From NCBI GenBank assembly GCA_033765235.1, contig JANRIG010000020.1, positions 56,105 through 120,104 on the forward strand: DNA of 64,000 nucleotides. Reading direction: 5' to 3'. The stretch's first letter is position 1. Every line of letters starts with the position of its first letter. Under the pieces are notes generated by a model. It was not told the origin of the DNA and did not search any database. It saw nothing but the letters and a program-made list of their open reading frames with translations. This DNA is from Cytophagales bacterium. GTDB lineage: Bacteria; Bacteroidota; Bacteroidia; Cytophagales; UBA9547. Of the stretch, positions 29,462 through 39,832 are shown piece after piece. Both the position numbers and the translations under genes were made by a program.

Positions 29462-29977
29462 TCAAAAAAAATGCCCCTGCTCATCATCACCAAATATATT
29501 GGTTTGGTATCCTGTGCCGCTGTATTTGCGCTCGTGGTTGAGCAGCCACCGCTTGCGCCATAGCTCCCATGCATACCCTGTAAGGCTGCCGCTTGATCCT
29601 ACTATTCTATGGCATGGCACCACTATGGCGAGTACATTTTGTGCATTGGCATTGGCTACAGCCCTCACCTTGTTTGCCATACCCATACTTGTAGCCAAAT
29701 CTGAATATGTAGCAGTGGTGCCATACTTCACATTAGATATATATTTCCACACATTTATCTGAAAATCAGTACCTTGTAAATATATTGGAATGTCAAATAA
29801 TTGGCGTGTACCTGCAAAATATTCTAAGAGCTGTGTTTTTGCATTTAATAGTATACTACTTTCATTTATTGCATGTGATGTAGGTTGTGACAAAAATGAT
29901 ATATTGATAATGTTATCTTCAAATTCTACTATTTCTAAATGTCCAATAGGAGTAGCAAATTGTATGGCTTTGCTCAT
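29462..29977 (-). CDS. ogt: Methylated-DNA--protein-cysteine S-methyltransferase
   Basis: GTDFQ, RAVA, VPCHRIVG motifs. Confidence 0.93.
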   Translation of the reverse strand: MSKAIQFATPIGHLEIVEFEDNIINISFLSQPTSHAINESSILLNAKTQLLEYFAGTRQLFDIPIYLQGTDFQINVWKYISNVKYGTTATYSDLATSMGMANKVRAVANANAQNVLAIVVPCHRIVGSSGSLTGYAWELWRKRWLLNHERKYSGTGYQTNIFGDDEQGHFF

Positions 29978-31383
29978 GGTATGACTTTGGTTTTGGCTAC
30001 TTCATACATGTATTGGAGCGCAGCTTCATATTCATTGGGCACAATACCATCTACAATAGCTTCTCTCACTATATTTTTTATTTCACCTACTATCTTGCCG
30101 GGAGGCAGTTGCAGTTTTTCCATGATTATTTCTCCTGTGATTACGGGCTGAAAATTGCGCAGTGTATCTATTGCTTCTACTTCTTTTATTTTTTGTGATA
30201 CTTTTTCAAAATTTTGTAAATATCGCGACACTTTATCTATATTTTTTGAAGTAATGTCGCATTTACAAAGCAGTAGCAGGTCATCAATTTCCGGTCCGGC
30301 ATCTACCATGAGGCGTCTAATGGCGGAGTCTGTCACATGCTCTTTGGTGAGTGCTATAGGACGCAGGTGCAGTTGTACTAATTTTTGCACATATTTCATG
30401 TGCTCATTAAGTGGTAATTTGAAATTTTTGAATATTTCGGGCACCCATTTGGCTCCTAAGTCTTCATGCCCGTGAAATGTCCATCCATGTGTGGGGTCGT
30501 ATCTTTTGGTGGCAGGCTTGGCTATGTCGTGCAGTATGGCAGCCCAACGCAGCCAAAGATTTGGGCTGAGTTTTGCAACATTGTCGAGCACCTGAAGGGT
30601 ATGAAAAAAGTTGTCTTTATGTCCTTTTCCGTCAACATACTCAGCACCTTTGAGGGCTACCAGGCGTGGAAAAATGATTTCGAGCACCTCGGCATAGTAT
30701 AGTAGTTTGAGACCGTAAGAGGGTACAGGTGAGAGTATTATCTTGTTTAGCTCCTCTGTTATGCGCTCTTGTGAGAGTATTTCTACCCTGTGTTTGTTAC
30801 GCTTCATAGCCTCAAAAGTATCAGGGTCTATGTCAAATGTGAGCTGACTTGCAAATCTGCAAGCACGCAATATGCGAAGTGGGTCGTCTCTAAAGGTAAT
30901 ATCAGGCTCTAAAGGTGTCTTGATGATATAGTTTCGCATATCCTCCAGTCCTCCGAATGGGTCTATCAGGCTGCCATAGTCGGGCTCATTAAGGCTTATA
31001 GCCAAGGCATTGATAGTGAAGTCGCGGCGGTTTTGGTCATCTTGCAAAGTACCGCTTTCTACGATAGGTTTTCTGGATTCGGCTCTGTATGACTCTGTGC
31101 GGGCACCTACAAATTCTATTTGTACGTCATCTATGTTAATCATAGCAGTGCCAAAATTTTTGTACACAGCCACTTTGGTATCAGCACCGGAGAGAGTCAC
31201 AAAAAGTTCGGCCATTTCTATTCCACTGCCTACACATACTATGTCTATATCTTTGTTATGACGTTGCAATAACAAATCGCGCACATAGCCCCCTATCACA
31301 TAAGTGGGTACTCCTGACTGTACTGTACATTTGCGCAAAATGTCAAAAATATGATTGGGTACAAGTTTGTCCGCATAATTCAT
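29974..31383 (-). CDS. cca: CCA tRNA nucleotidyltransferase with HD domain
   Basis: GGYVRD...DIDI, RRDFTINA, DDPLRILRA, LHDIAKP motifs. Confidence 0.88.
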   Translation of the reverse strand: MNYADKLVPNHIFDILRKCTVQSGVPTYVIGGYVRDLLLQRHNKDIDIVCVGSGIEMAELFVTLSGADTKVAVYKNFGTAMINIDDVQIEFVGARTESYRAESRKPIVESGTLQDDQNRRDFTINALAISLNEPDYGSLIDPFGGLEDMRNYIIKTPLEPDITFRDDPLRILRACRFASQLTFDIDPDTFEAMKRNKHRVEILSQERITEELNKIILSPVPSYGLKLLYYAEVLEIIFPRLVALKGAEYVDGKGHKDNFFHTLQVLDNVAKLSPNLWLRWAAILHDIAKPATKRYDPTHGWTFHGHEDLGAKWVPEIFKNFKLPLNEHMKYVQKLVQLHLRPIALTKEHVTDSAIRRLMVDAGPEIDDLLLLCKCDITSKNIDKVSRYLQNFEKVSQKIKEVEAIDTLRNFQPVITGEIIMEKLQLPPGKIVGEIKNIVREAIVDGIVPNEYEAALQYMYEVAKTKVIP

Positions 31384-31704
31384 ACCACAAATGTAGCAAG
31401 TTTTGATAGTTTGTTGTTAACTTAGCTATATGGTGCTATGGTATTTATTTAATATTTATATGGTAGCCGAGGATTAAATCAGTGACAGTATTATTGGATA
31501 AAAAAAAAGTAATCAGTAAAAATAATTAAATTCGCAATCTCGCTTCGGGTACATTACCTAATGTGTTGTGCCACGATACCTCACCACATTATATACATAG
31601 CAAAATAGTGAATAAAAATATAATATGTTTTCTATATTATCTGTCAGATATATTTCAAAGTTGATATCTTGTAACTATTATAACCTATATTTTGTTACTC
31701 TAAC

Positions 31705-32232
31705 ATGGAAAAAGAGATTATCAATAAGATAGCACAGAGTGCACTTATCAGTATAGACATGGAGGAGTGGTATGATGCTACGCCCAGGTTATATTTTGAT
31801 ATGAAAAAACTTCTTTTTCAAGAGTTGATACTCAGAGAAAAAGATTTGAGGGATTATATAAGCACACATAATTGGGAGCAATACAGAGGCAAGCATGTAG
31901 CAGTATTTTGCAGTGCAGATGCAATAGTGCCTACTTGGGCATACATGTTGCTCATATCCAAAATAGCTCCAATAGCCCAAAGTGTGGTATGTGGCACTTC
32001 CGAAAAACTCGAAGAAGCCATATGGGATAAAATACTACAAAATATAGATACAAGTAAGTATATTGATGCTAAAGTAGTGATAAAAGGATGCAGCCAAGTC
32101 CACATTCCTATATATGTATATTCAAAACTCACTGCTATGCTAGTACCGGTAGCAAGCAGCATAATGTATGGTGAGCCTTGCAGCACTGTGCCAGTGTACA
32201 AAAAACCAAAAAATGATGTACTTAACCTATAA
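31705..32232 (+). CDS. DUF2480 family protein
   Basis: CSADAIVPTWAYML, VVIKGC, MYGEPCSTVPVYK motifs. Confidence 0.85.
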   Translation: MEKEIINKIAQSALISIDMEEWYDATPRLYFDMKKLLFQELILREKDLRDYISTHNWEQYRGKHVAVFCSADAIVPTWAYMLLISKIAPIAQSVVCGTSEKLEEAIWDKILQNIDTSKYIDAKVVIKGCSQVHIPIYVYSKLTAMLVPVASSIMYGEPCSTVPVYKKPKNDVLNL

Positions 32233-32318
32233 CCCAAAAATCTCAATAAACTTTATATTACTGCCTTAAACTGCTTCTAAGTAATGTAATAATTGCCTGT
32301 TTATAAGCCAATTATCTA

Positions 32319-34379
32319 CTATGATAATCTTACTATCATAAAGGTATGGTCGTCTATAATTTCGCCTTTGGTACAAAATGCATGTAAATATTCCGTGAAT
32401 TTTGTTTTTATTTCAGAAATATGCAACTTATAATGGTTAGCCATGAAATCAGCCATGCGCTGCACTCCAAACTCTACATTGTCTATATTCTTTGCCTCCA
32501 TTATACCATCGGTATATAAAAATAGCATATCGCCGGGTCTATAGTCAAAGGAATAGGAGTGAATATTTTCCAAATATTTTTCACTCCTAATAATTCCCAG
32601 CCCTATTCCCTCTTGCTCCAATATCTTTGCTTTGCCTGTTTCGGCATTAATATATATGGTAGGGCAATGACCTGCACGCGAGGTTTCAAAGGTATAATTT
32701 TGCCTGTCTATCACCAATATAGTAAGGGTAACGAATGACGACTTGCGCATACACCTCGACACGGCATTATTAGCAAGTTCTATAAACCGAGAGGTATCTT
32801 GCTCCAATTGTATAAGGCTTTGGAATATCCCTTTGAGCTGTGCCATGTGAAATGCAGCTGAGGTACCTCTGCCCGATACATCACCTATCACTATTGCTAC
32901 CTTGCCATCGGAGTAAGGATAATAGTCAAAATAGTCGCCACCCACATCGCTGGCCGACTCTGCAAAACTCACTATTTGTATGCCATTGTAATTGATTTCT
33001 GATTTGGGCAGTAGGTCAGACTGCACACGCTTGGCTATCTCCAGTTCTTCTCTGTATTTAGCTGTTTGCACCGCTTCATGTATAAGCCTAAAATTGGTAA
33101 TGGCCGTACTAGCCTGATTGACATAGGTATTGGCAATGTCCAAAAGACCCTTTTCAAAAGCATTTTTTACCTCGCTGTATAGATAAATAGCACCTATTTT
33201 TTCGCCATGACTTATCAGGGGTATTATCAATGCAGACTCATATCTTAGCTCCTCTACCTCGTCATAAAATTTTAATTTTTTCAGGTCCGGAGCCACAGTT
33301 TGTAAATCAGAATATCTGATGCTATTTTTACGCAAAAATGTCTTGAGCATGTAAAATGTATCTTTGTCTAACCCTCTGTATATGATTTGCTTAGGTGAAT
33401 CTCCTTGGTCAAATATCTCAAGCCCCGCACCTGAGGCAAAGAGTGTATCGCAGCAGCTGTCTATCAGTATTTCAAATACCTCTTGCTCTGTTTTGCCCAT
33501 GTGAATGGAGTTGCTAAGTTTTTGCAGGTTGAGTGCTTCGTCAAATTTTTGCTCAAATACTGATGAGGTGGGCAGATTAAATATTAACACTAATATTGAA
33601 AAAGTACAATACAGCACTATGAATCCCATGAGAGATACAATAAATAAATTATTGGCAAGGTCTATATGTAGGGTAAATATTTTGGATTGGTTAAATAAAA
33701 AATATACAAAATACAGGCAAAACATCAATATCACTACCAAATAGGTCAAATTTTTAAGCTTTTGTTTAAAATCAAGGTAGGCTATCCATTTGAGGTTGAG
33801 AGATAATATTACCCCTATGGCAAATACTGGCACAAAACTCAAAGTAAATATGATGTCGTCATTTTTTACTTTCAAAAAGTTGAAAATAAGCGTAAAAAGC
33901 AGGAGATATTCAAATACATTCCAAAGATTGTTTACCTCTTTGGTCTTATAATATAGCAAAAGTTTTTTGAAAATATAAAATGTATTACTCACAAACACAC
34001 ATACAATAGCAATGGTGATGCAGTACAAAAAATTATTAATAAATAACTCATTTTGAGGAAATTGATAGTCTAAAAATTCATTTATTGCTCCGTTTGCAAA
34101 AAGTATTATAGCACTAATAGTGCCTGTCACTATAGCTTTCCACAGCAGTTCATTGAAGCCTTCGCTCTCATAATTATCAATTGTAAGCTTAAAAAACATA
34201 AGCACACAAAGCAAAAATCCGGTGAGAATGATGGCATTGATGGTATGATTTATGATAAACCCATATAGTGAAGAGTCTTCAAATACATGGTTGTTTATCA
34301 CTGTCAAGAGCATGAGCCACAGCAGTATACCTATAGATAAATATATGTATTGAGGCTTAGTTTTGAGCATATACTGCAA
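32319..34379 (-). CDS. Membrane-bound GAF + PP2C/SpoIIE (RsbU-like) Ser/Thr phosphatase
   Basis: About 8 N-terminal TM helices, a GAF-like region, then VGGDYFD, GDVSGRG, RAGH, LYTDG and DDHT motifs. Confidence 0.9.
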   Translation of the reverse strand: MQYMLKTKPQYIYLSIGILLWLMLLTVINNHVFEDSSLYGFIINHTINAIILTGFLLCVLMFFKLTIDNYESEGFNELLWKAIVTGTISAIILFANGAINEFLDYQFPQNELFINNFLYCITIAIVCVFVSNTFYIFKKLLLYYKTKEVNNLWNVFEYLLLFTLIFNFLKVKNDDIIFTLSFVPVFAIGVILSLNLKWIAYLDFKQKLKNLTYLVVILMFCLYFVYFLFNQSKIFTLHIDLANNLFIVSLMGFIVLYCTFSILVLIFNLPTSSVFEQKFDEALNLQKLSNSIHMGKTEQEVFEILIDSCCDTLFASGAGLEIFDQGDSPKQIIYRGLDKDTFYMLKTFLRKNSIRYSDLQTVAPDLKKLKFYDEVEELRYESALIIPLISHGEKIGAIYLYSEVKNAFEKGLLDIANTYVNQASTAITNFRLIHEAVQTAKYREELEIAKRVQSDLLPKSEINYNGIQIVSFAESASDVGGDYFDYYPYSDGKVAIVIGDVSGRGTSAAFHMAQLKGIFQSLIQLEQDTSRFIELANNAVSRCMRKSSFVTLTILVIDRQNYTFETSRAGHCPTIYINAETGKAKILEQEGIGLGIIRSEKYLENIHSYSFDYRPGDMLFLYTDGIMEAKNIDNVEFGVQRMADFMANHYKLHISEIKTKFTEYLHAFCTKGEIIDDHTFMIVRLS

Positions 34380-34535
34380 TTAGGCTACTAACATAATGGA
34401 TGATAGCCATATATCAAAGGATGAATATTAATATCTCACAAAAGTAAAATATATAAGGTATAACTTGGGGGTAGAATATTATCCTGAATATTTAAGATTA
34501 TAATTCAAGAAAAAATACAAATATGAATTATGATA

Positions 34536-37500
34536 TTATGCCCTCAAATCTACGGTATATACATGCTCATTGTCCATATCCTCATTAGGTATTTCAAATA
34601 CAACATTTTGTGGCGAGCCTTCGGGTACAAATGTCACCGCCGATGCCGGTCCTTGTGATACTTGCTGTATATCAGGAGTATGACCTATGTCCCAAAACCT
34701 ATTGATACGCCTTGACTCTGCCTCCATACTGTTTACAGGAAGTGTGTCATAAGACCTGCCACCAGGATGGCTCACAAAGTACTTGCACCCCCCTATAGAT
34801 TTTTTATTCCATTTATCCACTATATCAAATACTAATGGCGACTGTACCCCAATGGTAGGGTGCAAAGATGAATATGGGTTCCATGCTTTGTATTTTATAC
34901 CCGATACGTATTCACCTGTTTTGCCTGTGCTCTTTAGGGCTATCATTTTGCCGTTGCACATGAGTGCGTACCTATCTTTGGTGAGTCCTGTGAGTTTTAC
35001 CTGCACACGCTCGTGCGATGAGTCTACATATCTTGCTGTACCTTGGGTAGTAGCTTCTTCGCCCAGCACATGCCAAGGCTCTATAGCCATGTTCACATCT
35101 AATTGTATGCCTTGTGCTTCTATACTGCCATATTTTGGAAATCTAAATTCAAAAAAGGAGTCAAACCATCGCATATCAAAATCATAACCATTACTTTGTA
35201 AGTAGCTCACTACTTCCGTCATATCCGCATGGCAATAGTGGGGCAGCAAAAATCTATCGTGCAGTTCTGTGCCCCAGCGTATGAGCTTGCCTTGGTAAGG
35301 CTTTTGCCAAAATGTGGCTAATAGTGCTCTTATTAGTAGCAGTTGCAACATACACATGTGGTAGTGAGGGGGCATATCAAATGCCCTGAACTCCAATATT
35401 CCCAACCTACCCGATGTGGAGTCGGGAGAGTATAACTTATCAATACAAAACTCTGCCCTATGGGTGTTTCCAGTGAGGTCTGTGAGCAGGTTGCGCAGAA
35501 GTCTGTCAGTGAGCCAATATGGTATTTCGCCTTTTTCTGGAATTTTGCTGAGTGCTATTTCCAACTCATATAAGTTTTCTATTCGCCCTTCATCTACTCT
35601 TGGTGCTTGGCTGGTAGGTCCTATAAATGCCCCTGAAAATAGGTACGATAGCGATGGATGATGTTGCCAAAATATAATAAAACTCTTGATCAGGTCTGGT
35701 CTGCGAAGCAGCGGTGATGATGAAGGCTTTGCACCACCTATGGTGATATGATTGCCACCTCCTGTGCCTGTATGCCTGCCGTCGAGCATAAATTTTTGTG
35801 TGCCCAGTTTAGACAATTTAGCATTTTGAAACAGTGTGTCGTAATTATGTAATATCTCACCCCAGCTCGATGCAGGATGAATGTTTACCTCTATCACTCC
35901 GGGGTCGGGCGATACTACTAATTTTTCTATCCTATTGTCTGAGGGAGGTGTATATCCTTCTATTATCACAGGCATTTTTACTGCTTTTGCCACCTCATAC
36001 ACTGCGCTCAATAGTTGCAAATATTTTTCTATCACTGTCAATGGGGGTAAAAATATGTACAATTTGCCATTTCGAGCCTCTACGGTGAGAGCGGTGCGCA
36101 CAGTATATTTTTCTATAGTTTGTATATCAAAAATATGGTCATGATTCAGTAATGGCACTTCTGCAAAAAGGTCAGTTTCTACTACTATTTCCTCTTTATC
36201 ATTTTCTATCAGAGAGTCCAACGGAAGTCGCAATCCTACAGGTGAGTTTCCCGGTATAAGGTAGAGATTTTCTTTTCTTAATTTCCACTGGCAGGTTAGC
36301 CAAGCATTGCGTTCTGTGCTCCATTTCAGAGGCAGCACATAGGCTATGGGTTTATTTAGCCCTTTTACTAATAAATCTGCCAAGTATTGCCTCTCAATAC
36401 TACTTTTTAGGTCTTTTTGTAATACATTTATATTTGAAGGCACTTTCCCTTCGCTCCACAGATAGTAAAGCACATCTTCATATGCTGTATGAATATAGGT
36501 ACTCTTAACCCCAATTTTAGCAACCAGAGCTTCCATAAATTTAAGTGCATGCGTCGGTTCAAAGCCATAGTCTTTGAATGGATTTGCTTGGTAATTTTCG
36601 TCAGGGCATATAGGCACACCATCTTTGCGCCAATACAGCGAATATTGCCAACGAGGCAGCAGCTCGCCCGGGTACCACTTGCCCATGCCTACGTGCAGCA
36701 ACCCTTTGGGTGCAAAACTTTGTTTTAGTTTCAATATCAAGTCATAGGCCATTGTGCGCTTCTCTTCACCGTCGGCTGCGGTGTTCCATTGTGCACTTTC
36801 CATGTCTGTGGCAGACACAAAGGTAGGTTCGCCACCCATAGTGAGCTGTACATCATGGGTTTTAAGGTCTTGCTCTACTTTATACCCGAGTGCTACTGCA
36901 GCATTCCACTGACTCTCTGTAAGGGGTTTGGTCACACGTGGTGTCTCGTATATGCGCACTACTTCGTTGCGATAAGTCATTGTGCTTTCACAAGGGTCTA
37001 TAGCTCCGGTCACTGCAGCAGCACTATGGTAGTCTGGCGTGCAAGCAAGTGGTATGTGACCCTCACCTGCAAAAAGACCTGAGGTAGGATCCAACCCTAT
37101 CCATCCTGCGCCGGGTATATACACTTCACACCATGCATGCAAGTCTGTAAAGTCTTTTTCAGTACCCGCAGGACCTTCGAGTGGTTTTTCGTCAGCTGTT
37201 AACTGTACCAAGTATCCTGACACAAACCTAGCTGCCAACCCATAGTGCCTGCATATTTGTACCAATAGCCAACCTGTATCGCGGCATGAACCCAGTGCTG
37301 TGCCAAGGGTATGTTCACAAAGTTGCACCCCCGGCTCCATTCTTATAGTATAGTTTATGTCTTGCGACAGTTGTTGATTTATTTTTACCAAAAAATCTAC
37401 CATTCGCATTTTGGAAGTGATTTTGTGATCATTTATCCATTTCATTAGCAGAGAGCCTGACTCTGCGGGAGTGAGATAAGGTACAAGCTCACTTTTTAGA

Positions 37501-37826
37501 ACGGCATCGTAGGTGAATGGGTAGTATTCTGCATACTCTTCAAGAAAAAAGTCAAACGGATTTATTACTTCCATATTGGCAATAAGCTCTACCTCAAAAT
37601 ACAACTCGCGCGATTGCTCTGGAAATACAACCCTGGCTTGATAGTTGCCAAAGGGGTCTTGCATCCAATTGATATAATGATTTTTTGGACTAATATTAAT
37701 GGTGTATTTGTCAATCTTGGTACGGCAGTGCGGCGCGGGGCGCAGCCTGAATACATGTGGGCTGAGTGATACAGCTCTGTCATAAATATAATGGGTTTGG
37801 TGCCTTATGGCTACTTTCACTGACAT
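34536..37826 (-). CDS. Transglutaminase-like + DUF2126 putative amidoligase fusion protein
   Basis: RLRPAPH, GSCRD, DLHAWCEVYIPGAGWIGLDPTSG (Cys-His-Asp triad); LTMGGEPTFVS, PDPGVIEVN, GGGNH, EFRAF motifs of DUF2126. Confidence 0.92.
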   Translation of the reverse strand: MSVKVAIRHQTHYIYDRAVSLSPHVFRLRPAPHCRTKIDKYTINISPKNHYINWMQDPFGNYQARVVFPEQSRELYFEVELIANMEVINPFDFFLEEYAEYYPFTYDAVLKSELVPYLTPAESGSLLMKWINDHKITSKMRMVDFLVKINQQLSQDINYTIRMEPGVQLCEHTLGTALGSCRDTGWLLVQICRHYGLAARFVSGYLVQLTADEKPLEGPAGTEKDFTDLHAWCEVYIPGAGWIGLDPTSGLFAGEGHIPLACTPDYHSAAAVTGAIDPCESTMTYRNEVVRIYETPRVTKPLTESQWNAAVALGYKVEQDLKTHDVQLTMGGEPTFVSATDMESAQWNTAADGEEKRTMAYDLILKLKQSFAPKGLLHVGMGKWYPGELLPRWQYSLYWRKDGVPICPDENYQANPFKDYGFEPTHALKFMEALVAKIGVKSTYIHTAYEDVLYYLWSEGKVPSNINVLQKDLKSSIERQYLADLLVKGLNKPIAYVLPLKWSTERNAWLTCQWKLRKENLYLIPGNSPVGLRLPLDSLIENDKEEIVVETDLFAEVPLLNHDHIFDIQTIEKYTVRTALTVEARNGKLYIFLPPLTVIEKYLQLLSAVYEVAKAVKMPVIIEGYTPPSDNRIEKLVVSPDPGVIEVNIHPASSWGEILHNYDTLFQNAKLSKLGTQKFMLDGRHTGTGGGNHITIGGAKPSSSPLLRRPDLIKSFIIFWQHHPSLSYLFSGAFIGPTSQAPRVDEGRIENLYELEIALSKIPEKGEIPYWLTDRLLRNLLTDLTGNTHRAEFCIDKLYSPDSTSGRLGILEFRAFDMPPHYHMCMLQLLLIRALLATFWQKPYQGKLIRWGTELHDRFLLPHYCHADMTEVVSYLQSNGYDFDMRWFDSFFEFRFPKYGSIEAQGIQLDVNMAIEPWHVLGEEATTQGTARYVDSSHERVQVKLTGLTKDRYALMCNGKMIALKSTGKTGEYVSGIKYKAWNPYSSLHPTIGVQSPLVFDIVDKWNKKSIGGCKYFVSHPGGRSYDTLPVNSMEAESRRINRFWDIGHTPDIQQVSQGPASAVTFVPEGSPQNVVFEIPNEDMDNEHVYTVDLRA

Positions 37827-37842
37827 GGCGGGTTAGATTTTT

Positions 37843-37860
37843 ATGCCTAATTTGTGCCAA
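37843..37860 (-). promoter_or_regulatory. Candidate sigma54 (-24/-12) promoter of the DUF2126 gene
   Basis: Minus strand reads TTGGCACAAATTAGGCAT: GG-N10-GC spacing, perfect TGGCAC, degenerate -12 (AGGC for TTGC). Confidence 0.45.
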
Positions 37861-38056
37861 TTTGTAAAAAAAATGCATATATTGCTAATATTTTAATTAA
37901 ATATATGAAAAATAGGATAAAAAAAATCAAACTTAGCCTTATTTATTAATTAGTTTTTTGAACAGGTCCCATAGTGTCCACTTTAACGTACCAATTATCA
38001 ATATCAACATTACACAAAAAAAATAAAAAAAAATTTTTTATTTCAATACCTATTCA

Positions 38057-38064
38057 TACCTTTG
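38057..38064 (+). promoter_or_regulatory. -7 promoter element for rplA-rplJ-rplL-rpoB
   Basis: TACCTTTG(CA) ending 56 nt upstream of the rplA ATG, after an A/T-tract region. Confidence 0.65.
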
Positions 38065-38119
38065 CAGCCCGTTTATAAAAATAATAGTCTGAGAGCCTTA
38101 TTAAGTTCGTTAACAAGAC

Positions 38120-38818
38120 ATGTCAAAGATAAGTAAAAAATATAAAGAAGCGCTCACAAAGTATGATATAGGCAAAGAGTATTCATTGTCTGAAGCATCT
38201 AAAATTGTGAAGCAGATATCCACTGCCAAGTTTGATGCTTCGGTAGATGTGGATGTACGTTTGGGGGTAGACCCTAAAAAATCTGACCAAATGGTACGTG
38301 GCGTAGTAGCCCTACCGCATGGCACAGGCAAAACCTTAAAAGTACTCGTACTATGTACCCCGGACAAAGAAGCCGAAGCCAAAGAAGCAGGAGCAGACTT
38401 TGTAGGTCTTGATGAATACATTCAAAAAATTGAAGGAGGTTGGCTTGAGATGGATGTTATCATCACTATGCCCACGGTAATGGCAAAAGTAGGTAAACTT
38501 GGTAAAATACTGGGTCCGCGCAACCTTATGCCAAATCCCAAATCGGGTACAGTGACCCTTGAAGTAGGCAGAGCTGTCAAAGAAGTGAAACAGGGCAAAA
38601 TAGATTTCAAGATAGACAAAGCAGGTATCATACATACCAGCATTGGCAAAGTGAGTTTCTCACCCGAAAAATTGGCAGAAAATACCGGCGAACTTATACA
38701 GGTTATTTCAAAGCTAAAACCAAGCTCAGCCAAAGGTACTTACTTCAAAAGTTTGTACATATCCAGCACCATGAGCCCAAGTGTAAAAGTAGATATCAAC
38801 TCCATAGTAGGCATATAA
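38120..38818 (+). CDS. rplA: 50S ribosomal protein L1
   Basis: [30 protein letters not shown] motifs. Confidence 0.98.
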   Translation: MSKISKKYKEALTKYDIGKEYSLSEASKIVKQISTAKFDASVDVDVRLGVDPKKSDQMVRGVVALPHGTGKTLKVLVLCTPDKEAEAKEAGADFVGLDEYIQKIEGGWLEMDVIITMPTVMAKVGKLGKILGPRNLMPNPKSGTVTLEVGRAVKEVKQGKIDFKIDKAGIIHTSIGKVSFSPEKLAENTGELIQVISKLKPSSAKGTYFKSLYISSTMSPSVKVDINSIVGI

Positions 38819-38819
38819 T

Positions 38820-39359
38820 ATGAAACGCGAAGATAAAGCAGAGATAATAGAAGAATTAGTCGAAAAATTTAGCAAATTCGATTATTTCTATATCACAGAT
38901 TCTTCGGCCTGCACGGTTGATGAAATCAATAAATTCAGGAAGTTTTGCTTTGCCAAAGACTTGTCATACAATGTGTTCAAAAACACGCTCATAGCCAAGG
39001 CATTAGAAAAAGTAAATAAGGCAGACTATGCAGAGTTCAATACCAAAGTACTTAAAGGAAGCTCCGGAATAATATTTTCCACATCAGGCAAGCAACCTGC
39101 ATTGGTTTTGGACGAGTTTAAGCGCACCACCAATATAGAGAAAATAAAATTCAAAGGTGCTTCCATAGATACTGCATTTTATATTGGCGAGCCATCATTC
39201 GATGATCTCAAAAATCTGAAATCTAAGCAGCAGCTTATTGGAGAAATTATTGGATTGCTCCAATCACCGGCCAAAACAGTACTCTCTTCATTATTATCAG
39301 GAGAGCGCAAACTGGCAGGATTGGTGAAAGCTATTGGCGAAAAAAAGGAAAAATCTTAA
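38820..39359 (+). CDS. rplJ: 50S ribosomal protein L10
   Basis: VFKNTL, LKSKQQLIGEIIGLLQSP motifs; position between rplA and rplL. Confidence 0.96.
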   Translation: MKREDKAEIIEELVEKFSKFDYFYITDSSACTVDEINKFRKFCFAKDLSYNVFKNTLIAKALEKVNKADYAEFNTKVLKGSSGIIFSTSGKQPALVLDEFKRTTNIEKIKFKGASIDTAFYIGEPSFDDLKNLKSKQQLIGEIIGLLQSPAKTVLSSLLSGERKLAGLVKAIGEKKEKS

Positions 39360-39415
39360 CAATAAATCAATCAATAAATTAGTAATATATACAAAAACAA
39401 TTAAATATCAATACA

Positions 39416-39814
39416 ATGGCAGCAGATTTGAAAGCATTCGCAGAGCAGTTAGTAAACCTTACGGTAAAAGAAGTAAACGAACTGGCCTCTATATTGAAAG
39501 ATGAGTACGGCATAGAACCCGCAGCAGGTGGCGCAGTAATGATGGCTGCTCCGGCAGCAGGCGGTGGAGCAGGTGCAGGTGCAGCAGCAGCAGCCCCTGA
39601 AAAATCTACCTTTGATGTAATACTTAAAAGTGCAGGTCCTCAAAAACTTAACATCGTTAAGTTGGTAAAAGATATCACCGGATTAGGCTTGAAAGAAGCT
39701 AAAGATTTGGTGGATGGGGCTCCAAAACCTGTAAAAGAAGGCATTTCCAAAGAAGATGCCGAAAACATCAAAAAGACGCTCACCGATGGTGGTGCAGAGG
39801 TAGAAGTAAAATAG
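39416..39814 (+). CDS. rplL: 50S ribosomal protein L7/L12
   Basis: [12 protein letters not shown], Ala/Gly hinge, [13 protein letters not shown] motifs. Confidence 0.98.
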   Translation: MAADLKAFAEQLVNLTVKEVNELASILKDEYGIEPAAGGAVMMAAPAAGGGAGAGAAAAAPEKSTFDVILKSAGPQKLNIVKLVKDITGLGLKEAKDLVDGAPKPVKEGISKEDAENIKKTLTDGGAEVEVK

Positions 39815-39832
39815 TTTACTCAGTCCTTTATC

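Noticed and set aside
39548-39596. GCA/GGT-rich tandem repeat
   Set aside because: It encodes the ordinary Ala/Gly hinge of L7/L12.
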